This document shows positions 24,009-35,270 of a stretch of 64,000 bases of DNA, piece by piece. The stretch covers positions 98,518,001-98,582,000 of the forward strand of contig JBNRSN020000018.1 of assembly GCA_051313645.2 (NCBI GenBank), given 5' to 3'. Within the stretch, counting starts at the first letter, position 1. Each line of letters starts with the position of its first letter. This DNA is from Centroscyllium fabricii (taxonomy: Eukaryota). Below the pieces are notes generated by a model, which saw nothing but the letters and a program-made list of their open reading frames with translations, searched no databases and had not been told where the DNA came from. Position numbers and translations under genes: made by a program.

Positions 24009-26580
24009 CTACAGATCCAAGCGTCTTGGAGGCCGCCGCTCTCTGACAGGATACCGGCGGGCATCGCTGGCTTCAACAGCCGTAGACATTGACACAGGAC
24101 TGGATGGAGAAGGTGCCTGTGTTAGTCGAAAGTCAGGAGTTTGTACAGGTGGAACAGTCTCTTTGACTCCCTGTGTTGGAGAAGAGCACTGTGCAGAAGG
24201 ATGCTGGTTTGCAGTGTCATCCGGAAACAGTTCAGGCCGATCAGCCTTTGGAGCCTTGGTGGCTGTCTCTGCTCCTAGCAATAGTTGATCAGTGTGTCTT
24301 CTCCAGATGATGTCCTCAGCAGTCTCAACTATGTACGACGCAACTCTGCGCGATCAACGTAGCAGGAACCCATTTCGGTCCAGTGTTGTAGTTTCGAGCT
24401 AGGACTTGCTCTCCAGGATGAAACCGTCTCTCCTTGGCTCTTATCTCCCTTCTTTCAACTTGAGCTTGTTGTTGACATTGGACAACCTGCTCTGTCCTTG
24501 GAGGTTTAAGTAAGTCAAAACTTGTCCGCAACTGCCTCTTCATCATGAGCGAAGCGGGGAAGTTTTGGTTGTCGCATGGGGCTCGTTCCTGTAGGACAAC
24601 AGGAATCTGTTCAGACGTTGGTGGATTGAGCCCTGACCTTGCGATGCCTTCAAGGCGTGCTTCAAGGTTTGCACGAACCTTTCTGCCAGGCCATTAGTAG
24701 AGGGATGGTAGGGCGCAGACCTGATGTGTTGGACACCATTCACTTGCAGGAAAGTTGCAAACTCCTGTGACACAAATTGTGGACCGTTGTCACTTATGAG
24801 TTGCTCTGGTGAGCCATAACGGCTGAACATCTCACCGAGTTTCTCAATTGTTTTCTCTGCCATGGTAGACCTCATCACAGCGACCTCCGGCCACTTGCTA
24901 CGAGCATCCACAACCACCATAAACATCTTCTCTTCGAAAGGACCGGTGAAGTCCACATGTACGCGCTGCCACACTTCTTCAGGCCAATCCCAGAGGTGTA
25001 AGGGTACCAGCTGTGAAACATTCTGGACCCTTTGAAACAGGGAACATGTTTTGGCTTTCTCCTCAAGGTTTCCATTGAGACCTGGCCACCAGAAGTAGCT
25101 TCTGGCCATTTCCTTCATCCGAACCATTCCGCTGTGGCCTGCATGAAGTTGTTGCAGTACAGGTTCCCTCAGAGGTGGTGGAATGATGACACGGTGTCCC
25201 CAAAGAAGACAGCCTGCCTGAACAGAAAGCTCATTTCTTTTTGAAACGTAAGGTTTCAATGAAGGAGAATCTCCTATAGCTCTCCCTCGAATGACATTGT
25301 CCATTACCTCAGACAGAACTGGATCGTTGCGGGTGTGCCTTCGCACCTGGGCTGCAGTGACAGGTGCTCCCTGAACTTGTCTGAAGTAGAAGATGTCTAT
25401 CTGACGAGGCTCTGGGTGAGTAACAGGCAAGGGCAGCCTCGATAGACCGTCTGCGTTGTCGTGCAATTCTGATTTACGATATTTTATGTCGTATGTGTGT
25501 CCCGACAAAAGCAAAGCCCATCTTTGCATCCTGCTTGCAGCGAGAGATGGAATTCCGGTGTGGGGCCCAAAGATTGATGTCAAAGGACGATGGTCCGTCA
25601 GGAGTGTGAACCTTCTCCAAAATAAGTACTGATAAAATTTTCGAATTCCAAAAATGATTTCCAATGCCTCGTGCTCAATCTGTGCATAGTTACTCTCAGC
25701 CTTGTTCAAGGTGCGTGATGCGAAGGCGATAGGTTGCCCTTCACCAGAAGGCATGATGTGGGATATGACTGCTCCCACCCCATATGGTGAATGCATCACA
25801 TGCTAGCTGCAAGGGTAGCTTTGGGTCGAAGTGTGTCAGGACCTCCAACTTCAGCAATGCTTTCTTTGCTTGGGCGAAAGTTTCATTGCACAGCGCAGTC
25901 CATTTCCATGTTTTGCCTTGACATAGCAACTGGTGTAACGGCTTCAGCAATGTTGCTAAGTTTGCAATAAACTTTCCATAATAGTTAAGTAGCCCCAGGA
26001 ATGAACGTAACTGGCTCACATTCTGGGGTGCTAGGGCCTCCACGATCGCCTTGACCTTTGACGGCGCCTTGTGCGGGCCGGTAGCGTCAATCACATGCCC
26101 TAGATACTCAACAGAAGACTGAAAGAATTCACATTTGCCCTTATGAACTCTGAGTTCGTACTCTTTCAGTTGCTGTAGTGTCGCATTCAAGTTCAGAAGA
26201 TGATCCTCCTCATTCATTCCAGTGACAAGGATGTCATCCAGGTAGCACTGGACTCCTGACAGTCCACTCAAAATTTGGTCCATTGCCCTTTGGAATAGAG
26301 CAGGGGCCGACGTATTTCCAAACGGAAGGCGGCAGTACCTGTATAGCCCCTTGTGTGTCACAATTATCAGCAGCTCCTTTGATTTGTCATCTACATGCAT
26401 TTGTAGATAAGCCTGGCATAAGTCGATTTTGCTGAATTTTTGTCCTCCAGCCAGGCCCGTAAAGAGGTCACCAATGAGGGGAAGAGGGTACTGTTCCGCC
26501 AACAGCACCGGGTTAATAGTCACTTTAAAACCCCTGCAGATTCGAATAGATCCATCCTTTTTTAGGACAGGAACAATGGG
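24009..26580 (-). pseudogene. pol: RT-RH-IN of Mag-type element D
   Basis: PIVPVLKKDGSIRIC, EQYPLP, YLDD, LHAGHSGMVRMKEMARSYFWWP, SDNGPQF, YHPSTNGLAERFV; frameshifted. Confidence 0.92.
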
Positions 26581-26631
26581 AACATTTTATTTTAGGGGGG
26601 AGGAAAATGTTATGTATGATGTGTATGTATG

Positions 26632-29600
26632 TTCCACATGCAGAATAGTGGGGTGCAGGTGAAGAAGGCTACCGGCCGACCAGATTGGTTGAGAGTGGCG
26701 GCCAGGGCAAAGTCAGAGGCATCACTTTCCACCTGGAACGGGGCGGATTCGTCCACAGCGTGCATGGTCGCCTTGGCGATGGCTGCTCTGATGCTGTCGA
26801 AGGCTGCACGAGCCTCGTTCGACAGGGGGAAGGAGGTGGATTTCAGGAGGGGGCGGGCTTTGTCGGCGTACTGGGGGACCCATTGGGCATAGTATGAAAA
26901 GAAGCCCAGGCACCTTTTCAGGGCCTTTGGGCTCTGGGGGAGGGGGAGCTCCATGAGGGGGCGCATGCATTCGGGGTCCGGGCCGATGACCCCGTTTGCC
27001 ACGACGCACCCCACGATGGCGAGGCGGGTGGTGCGGAAAATGCATTTTTCCTTATTGTAAGTGAGGTTGAGGAGCTTGGCGGTGCGGAGGAATTTGGCCA
27101 GGTTGGCGTCGTGGTCCCTCATGTCGTGGCCACAGATGGTGACGTTGTCGAGGTCGGGGAAGGTAGCCAGCTGCCCGTTTTGGTCCACCATCCGGTCCAT
27201 CTCCCGCTGGAAGACCGACACGCCATTGGTGACCCCGAAAGGGACCCTCAAAAAGTGGTAGAGGCGGCCTTTCGCCTCAAAGGCGGTGAAGTGGCGGTCT
27301 CCAGGGTGGATGGGGAGCTGGTGGTAAGCCGATTTAAGGTCAATTGTAGAGAACACCCTGTACTGCGCAATCTCGTTGACCATGTCTGAGATGCGAGGCA
27401 GGGGGTATGCCTCCAATTGGGTGAAACGGTTGATCGTCTGGCTGTAGTCGATGACCAGGCGGGGTTTGGTGCCAGTCTTGACGACTACAACCTGGGCTCT
27501 CCAGGGGCTGTTGCTGGCCTCGATGATCCCCTCCCTCAGTAACCGCTGGACCTCAGACTTAATAAACAGTCTGTCCCCCGTGTTGTAGCGCCTGCTTTTG
27601 GTAGCTATGGGCTTACAGTCGGGGGTGAGGTTAGCAAATAGTGAGGGAGGGGAGACTTTAAGGGTCGAAAGGCTGCAAACGGTGTGGGGTTCGCGCTGCG
27701 CGAACTGCTGGCTACAGACAGTCAACGGTGGGAGGGGACCACCGTATTTCATGATAACGCTGTCGAGGTGGCTCTGAAAGTCAAGGCCCAGTAGGACGGC
27801 AGCGCAGAGGTGGGGGAGGACTAAAAGTTTAAACTGGTTGTACACGGTACCACGCACTTTCAATGTTACTACGCAGATCCCACCGACCTCCGCCGATACG
27901 GCGTTGGAGGACATTAGGATCCGCTGGCGCGCGGGGAGTACTGTGAGGGAAAGCCTCCGTACAGTGTCCGGATGTATGAAACTTTCGGTACTCCCCGAAT
28001 CAAAAAGGCAATTAACTGTACAGCCGTTTACCTCAATGTCCATTTTCGATCGCGCCAGTTGGTGAGGCCGAGTCTGGTCCAGTGTCACCGATACAAGCTG
28101 CGGGAGCTCCGTCGTCAGGTGTGGTGATGTCCACCAGTCGCACGCGGCTGAGTAGGCCTCAAGATGGCCGCCCTGTGGGAGAAAACGTGGTGCTGGTCCA
28201 AGATGGCTGCCCCCGTATTCGCTGTGTGGAGGGGGGGAGGGTGTAAGATGGCCGTCCGATCCAAGGTGGCCGCTGCCGCAGTCGCCACGTGGGGGTGAGT
28301 GCTGGTTGCCCCAAGATGGCCGCTCTGATGGAGCCCACGCGGCGCTGCTGGAGGGGGATGGTCTGCTCTTACAGACTGCTGCATAATGCCCCTTCTTCTT
28401 GCAGCTGGAGCACAGCGCTTCTTTAGCAGGGCAGCGCTGCCTGGGGTGTTTTGACTGTCCACAGAAATAGCACTTCTGGGGTCGGGCCGCTGCCGCGGAC
28501 GTGAGTGAGGGCGCAGCGGTTGACATATCGTCAATAGTCTAATAAAACTAAAGACGCGTAGTTACCTTAACTATCGGCTTTTATTAGCTTACAACGGAGC
28601 TACGCTCCGATCGAACATCAGGTACAGAATGAATGGGGGCCGGTCAGTCCCCACCTATAAGGCACTCACCTGAGGGGAGGAGTTAGAGGTGTGGCTGACC
28701 TGACCCCGCGACAGTGTCGCAATACAGGACAGTTACATCATGCACCCGGCCGCTATACATACATGTAATATTGGTAACAATATTATGGTGGTAATACGAG
28801 TACATATAACGGTTACCACATTCACCCCTTCTTTGAAAATCAAGTCCGGCGGGGTGAATGGACAGAGCATTTCATGATTAGCTTATCCGGTGGTCGCGTC
28901 TGTCTGGAGGACCGCCGGGTCTCTGTCAAATATTCTGGTTCCTGCAGCATCGGCGGCGCTGGAGCCGGTGGTGGTGGCGGCGGCGATGGTGCCGGTACTG
29001 TAGGTGCTGGTGGTGGCGGTGGGGCCGAGCCCTGTGGTTGCTGCTGTGCCTGCAGCTGGTCATCCGAGTCTTGGTCCTCAGCTGGCAATGGCGGGGGCTC
29101 CGAACCATACAGTAGTGGCGGCCAGCCTCCGGTGGGTTGTGGGTCGTGTATCGGCCAGTGGACGATATGTAGTGGCTGGAGGTGGCCGAAATATAGTGGC
29201 TGGGTGGGCTGCTGCCCGACCAGGGGCTCTGCTGTGGTGCTCCCAGCGGGCGCTAGGTCCCTGATGGAGACGGTGTCCTCGCGCCCGTCCGGGCACTGCA
29301 CGTACGCATACTGCGGGTTGGTGTGCAGCAGCTGCACCTTGTCTACCAGGGGGTCGGTCTTATGGCTGCGGACGTGCTTCCTAAGCAAGACCGGCCCCGG
29401 CATCGTGAGCCACGGTGGAAGGGCTGTCCCCGAAGTTGACTTCCTGGGGAAGGAAAAGATTAAATCGTGAGGTGTGGCGTTGGTGGCCGTACACAACAGA
29501 GAGCGTATCGAGTGCAGCGCATCAGGGAGGACTGCCTGCCAACGGGACACTGGAAGGCCTCTGGACTTCAGAGCCAGGCTGACCGCCTTCCAGACGATCC

Positions 29601-32600
29601 CGTTCTCCCTTTCTACCTGGCCGTTCGCCCGGGGGTTGTAACTGGTCGTTCTGCTTGAGGCAACACCTTTCTGAAGCAGAAACTGATGCAGTTCGTCGCT
29701 CATGAACGACGCCCCCCGGTCGCTATGGATGTAGCTGGGGAGACCGAAAATAGCGAACAGCGTGGTGAAGTGTTTGATCACCGTTGCCTCGTCATATCTG
29801 GGCAGGGGAAGGCGAAGGGGAAGCGGGAGAACTCATCTACGACCGTGAGGAAGTACGAGTTGCGGTCGGTGGTGGGGAGGGGGCCTTTGAAGTCCACGCT
29901 TAGACGTTCAAAGGGGCGGGTGGCCTTAATGAGGTGCGCCGTGTCTGGCCTGTAAAATTGGGGTTTGCACTCGGCGCAAACAGGGCACTCTCGGGTCATA
30001 GCCTTGATCTCCGTGATGGAGTAGGGGAGGCTACAGGATATTACGAAGTGGGCAAGTCTGGTGACACCCGGGTGGCAGAGGCGATCGTGGAGTTCCTTCA
30101 GCCGGTCTAGCTGGGCACTGGTGCACGTTCCCCTGGACAGTGCGTCCGGGGGTTCATTGAGTTTGCCTGGTCGGTAAAGAATGTCGTACTCGTAAGACGA
30201 GAGCTCGATCCGCCACCGCAGGATCTTATCATTCTTGATTTTACCCTTTTGTTTATTATTAAACATAAACGCGACCGACCGTTGGTCGGTGAGCAGGGTA
30301 AAACGCTTACCGGCCAGGTAATGACGCCAGTAGCGCACGGCCTCCACGATGGCCTGGGCCTCCTTTTCCACTGCCGAGTGGCGAATTTCGGGTCCCTGTA
30401 GGGTGCGGGAGAAAAACGCTACGGGCCTGCCTGCCTGATTCAGGCTGGCGGCAAGGCAAAGTCCGAAGCGTCACTCTCCACCTGGAAAGGGATGGATTCA
30501 TCAACGGCGTGCATGGTCGCCTTGATAATATCTTCCTTGATCCGGGCGAATGCCGTTTGGGCTTCTACCGAGAGGGGGAAGACGGCAGCCTTGAGGAGCG
30601 GTCTGGCCTTATCCGCGAACTGGGGAACCCATTGCGCGTAATAAGAGAAAAATCCCAGACATCTCTTCAGGGCTTTGGGGTTGTGAGGAAGGGGCAGTTC
30701 CTGTAAGGGGCGCATGCGCTGTGGGTCGGGGCCGAGGACCCCGTTTGCCACCACGTATCCGAGGATGGCGAGCCGATCTGTACTAAAGACACATTTGTCT
30801 TTGTTGTATGTGAGATCTAGCCGTTTCGCCGTGTCGAGGAATTTGGCCAGATTGGCATCGTGGTCCTGCTGGTCATGGCCGCAGATGGTCATGTTGTCCA
30901 GGTAGGGGAAGGTGGCCTGCAACCCGTTCTGGTCAACCATGTGGTCCATCTCCCTCTGGAATACTGACACCCCGTTGGTCACGCCGAAGGGGACCCGGAG
31001 GAAGTGGTAGAGCTGACCGTTCGCCTCGAAGGCGGTGTACGGGCGATCGGCTTTCCGGATCGGGAGTTGGTGATACGCTGACTTAAGGTCAATTGTGGAG
31101 AACACCTTGTATTGGGCGATCTGGTTAACCATTTCTGAGCTGCGGGGGAGGGGGTAGGCATCGAGCCCGGTGTAGCGGTTAATAGTCTGACTGTAATCGA
31201 TAACCATCCGATGTTTCTCGCCAGTCTTAACCACTACAACCTGGGCCCGCCAGGGGCTGGTGCTGGCTTCAATTATCCCCTCCTTCAGCATACGCCCGAC
31301 CTCCGACCTGATAAACGTCCGATCCCCTGCACTGTACCGCCGACTCTTAGTAGCAATGGGCTTGCAGTTGGGGTCGAGGTTGGCGAACAGTGAGGGGGGG
31401 TCGACTTTCAGGGTGGAGAGGCCGCAGGCCGGGCTCCGCTTTGTGAAGAGATTGTCCCGGCTACTGGCGGTGAGGGGGGGCAGGGTCCCGCCGAACTCCA
31501 TTGTCAAACTCTTAAGGTGGCACTGGAAATCCAGTCCCAGTTAGACTGGGGAGCACAACTGCTTGAGTATGTACAATTTTAAATTACGGTACACGCAGCC
31601 CTTAACTGTGAGCGTGACGGAGCAGTAGCCGGTGACGTCCGCGGTGTGGGACTGTGAAGCAAGGGAGACCTGGTAGCGCGTGGGCAGGATCTGCAGTCCG
31701 TAGCGCTGCGCTGTATCGGGGTGAATGAAGCTCTCTGTGCTTCCGGTGTCGAACAGGCAGTTAGTGGCGTGGCCGTTGACTTTAATCGCCATCATGGAAT
31801 TTGATAGGGTGTGCGGCCTAGCCTGATCGACTTTCGGGATGGCTGAGGCCGAAGTGTGTGTGTGTGTGTGGGAGCCCTCCGCTGGTCGGGGCCGTACACA
31901 AGATGGCGGCGCCCATGGTTCGCACATGGCCGGCCTCTGGGGACAAAATGGCGGCGCCGTAGAGTCGCACATGGCTGGCCGCTGAAGACAAGATGGCGGT
32001 GCCCGTGGTTCGCATGCGGCGGGCCGCTGTAGACGCGGTGGCGGTGCCCGTGGTTCGCATGCAGCGGGTCACGGTGGCTGGGTTGGCGGTGCCCATGATT
32101 CGCACGCAGCGAGCCGCGCTGGGCGGGCTGCCGGCGTTCGGGGGTCGCGCATGGCCGGCCGTGGCTGAGTTTGGCGTGCCGTGGGTGCAGCCGGCCTCTG
32201 CCGCATCAGGGTGGGAGACGGGTGCACTTGTACTCTACCCCCGGACCGTCGCTGGGTCACGCTGCAGTTGCAGCTTACCTGAGGCCAAGGGCTGGTGTTG
32301 GAGCCTTCGCAGGCCGCGCTGTTGTACCTGGAGCTGGGCGCCGGGGCTGATCTGCAGGCCTTGGCGCAGTGTCCTTTCTTTGAGCACCTCTCGCAGGTCG
32401 CGGTCTTCGCAGGGCATCTTGCCTGTGGGTGTAGTCCCTGGCCGCAGAAGTAGCATTTCTTCTCCGCCGGCGTCTTCGCAGCTGCCGCTGCCATTGTGGG
32501 GGTCTCGACCCGTTGTGGGACTGCCCACGCGTCGTAGACGGCCTGTGGGTTTGGGCAGCCGTACGCCTGCAGCTTGCGGCGTGCGCCCTCCACAGCATTG

Positions 32601-34311
32601 GCGATAGAGATCGCCTCCTCCAGAGTTAAAGTGTCTTTTTCCAGCAGCCGCTGGCGGGCCTCTGCGGACCTGAGTCCCGTTACATAGGCATCCCGGACGA
32701 GGAGGTTCGCCTCCTCTTCTGCCGTCCGTGGTTGGCAGCCACAGACCCGGACAAGGGCTTGGAGCGCCTGCTTGAACTGCTCATTTGTCTCACTCGGTAG
32801 TTGTGGTCTGGTCGCGAGCACATGTCTGGCGTAGACTGAGTGGACTGGGCGCTCGTAGCATTTCTTCAGTTTAGCCACCGCATCGGGGTACGTTGTGGCG
32901 TCACGGATGAAGGAGAATACCCTGCTGGAGATTCTGGACCGGAGAACATGTAGCTTGTTCTCGTCGGTTGTAGCCTTGGCGGCGTCCATGTAGGCCTCCA
33001 GGAGACCGAACCAGTGTTCGAAGGTGTTGGCGGCGGCTGGGTCCTGTGGACTAATGTCCAGCTTTTCGGGTTTTACAGCGCCGCTCTCCATTTTAGAATT
33101 TTTCTAAGCTAATAAAATTGACGTATCGTCAATAGTCTAATAAAACTAAAGACGCGTAGTTACCTTAACTATAGGATTTTATTAGCTTACAACGGAGCTT
33201 CGCTCCGATCAAACATCAGGTACAGAATGAATGGGGGCCGGTCAGTCCCCACCTATAAGGCACTCACCTGAGGGGAGGAGTTAGAGGTGTGGCTGACCTG
33301 ACCCCGCGACAGTGTCGCAATACAGGACAGTTACATCATGCACCCAGCCGCTATACATACATGTAATATTGGTAACAATATTAGGGTGGTAATACGAGTA
33401 CATATAACGGTTACTACAGCGGTGGTCATCTCGCCCGCCCACGAGGTCAGCGCTCGCGCACCATGCTGGTCGTAGGACTCTCTTTGCATGTGCACAGCCT
33501 CCAGCGATTCTGCCAGCTTTTCGGCTGCCGCCAGGCCTATGTTACTTTGCTCCAGCAGCCGCTGGCGCGTATGGGATGACCTGAGTCCAGCCACCAGCGC
33601 ATCCCTTAGGATTATGTCCTGGTGCTCGGTGGCGGTCAGCGGCCTACAATTGCTGGCGCGCATGAGCGTTCGCAACGCTGCCATATAGTTCGTTAAAGAC
33701 TCACCAGGCTGTTGTTTCCTGTTCAACAGTAGATGCCTGGTGTAGATTTCGTTTGTCGGTATCGCAAACCGAGCTTTTAGAGTGTCCAGGGCGTCCCTGT
33801 AGGTCGTTTCGCCCTCGATGAGGCTGAAGAGCTCGGGGCTGACCTGGGCCCGCAGGACGTTGAGCTTCCGCTGGTCTGTGTCCACGGTCAGGCGGGATTC
33901 CGCGAGGAAGGCCTCGAAGCAGGAGACCCAGTGAGTGAAGGCCCGCTCAGCGCCTGCTGATCGCGGGACGAGATTAAGTCTGTCGGGTCTCAGGAACTTC
34001 TCCATCCTCGTTGCAGAAAAAAAACAACGTGAATAAAATTGATGCACAATCAATTACGCCAGTCGATGGTGAGATGTAATCGAGGCTTTTATTCACATTG
34101 AACAGGACTCAGGTCCGACGATCTTCCAAGCCAAAGTGAGAGCACTCAGGTGTGCTCTCACTTTTATACCCAGTGGGCGGAGCCTGGGGAGGAAACCGAG
34201 GAGCGGAGTCCTCCCAGGTGAGTCCTCCCTGGCAGGGAGATGTTACGTGCAGTTACAGGGAGGGGACACAAGGGGGAGACATCTATATACAATATACAGT
34301 GGTTTACCACA
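26632..34311 (-). mobile_element. Gypsy element C (tRNA-PBS-less lineage), 3' truncated, inserted in the 5' LTR of D
   Basis: 5' LTR 34040-34311; gag 34005-33424 (MEKFLRPDRL); knuckles/PR/RT/partial RNase H in ORF 26610-28526. No integrase or 3' LTR. Confidence 0.9.
28521..33418 (-). mobile_element. full-length Gypsy element A (tRNA-PBS-less lineage), frameshifted
   Basis: 300-bp LTRs 28521-28820 and 33119-33418 (about 8 differences by eye). TSD GCGGT. gag 33091-32069, pol pieces down to 28840. Confidence 0.96.
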
Positions 34312-35270
34312 AACACAAAGAGAATTCAAACTACAGAAATGTAAAATGCTGTTTAATTTAATCAACAATAAAAAGAGAAAGTGAAAGTAAAAGTAAATAA
34401 CCTCATGGCTGTAGCAGTGCTGTAGCAGCGCCACCACAGGTGGGAGGATGACACATACATACACATCATACATAACAGTCGCCATTTCGGATGACGTCTT
34501 TGGAATCGTCCAAAAGAGCAGCGGGGTCACCAATGTTGGAGTCGATAGAAAACAACAAGCTGGGAGGCTTCAGTTTTAACAAAGACAAAATGTGTCTTAC
34601 TTTAATGAGTCTCCACGAGGTCTGAACAGGTTGGCCCCGTGCAGCGGCTATGACGTCATCACGCAACCGATGTCATGACGTCATCACGCTACCGACGCTC
34701 TTAAAGGGACCCTGCACCAATAACCCAACCCAAAACGTATATAACACAACATTGCTATACCTAGTGAACTGTGTTTAAGTACATATAACAGCATTGGTGG
34801 TATTGTCTCTATGTGGTCTCCGCTACAATATCAATATGGGAGAATGGGAAACCTTAATCTTGTCTCTACATATGAACAACAGACAGTTCCAAGACAGCAC
34901 ATACCACTGTTGTAAGAGACAAAATCTAAATTACACACTTGCTGTACTATAAACAAAACTTGCAACACAGAGGCAAAGGCTGAAAGATTTTGGGGGTGAG
35001 TTTAACTCAGGTGCGGGATGGTGTTGTGTTATCTGAATTTCGTGTTTCCCGCACGAATCTAAATGGATGTGGGAGATTGATGCAATTTTAACGTTAGTGG
35101 CCAATTGATTTCCAACATGTGGGAAGCCTTTGCAAATGGGTTTTTCATGACTGAAATTCCCTTCCGATGATGGCATCATTGCTGCTGCATTTAAGGTCCA
35201 CAGCAAGCCTTGCTTCTTCTGCAGACTGCCACGCTTCTCTACTGTGCAGTGTGAGGGAGCTGCAGCAAAT

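Larger units (their letters stand above)
23668..34477 (-). mobile_element. Mag-clade Gypsy (element D), internally deleted
   Basis: 3' LTR 23668-23852, 5' LTR remnant 34312-34477, TSD GTCGC, PPT AAGGGGGGAGGAA. Confidence 0.9.
19612..34827 (-). mobile_element. degenerate CsRn1-clade Gypsy (outermost element E of the nest)
   Basis: LTRs 19612-19904 and 34534-34827. 4-bp TSD ATAT. Trp PBS TGGTGACCCCGC at 34532-34521. Start codon at 34485 is separated from the rest of gag (23667 downward). Confidence 0.93.
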
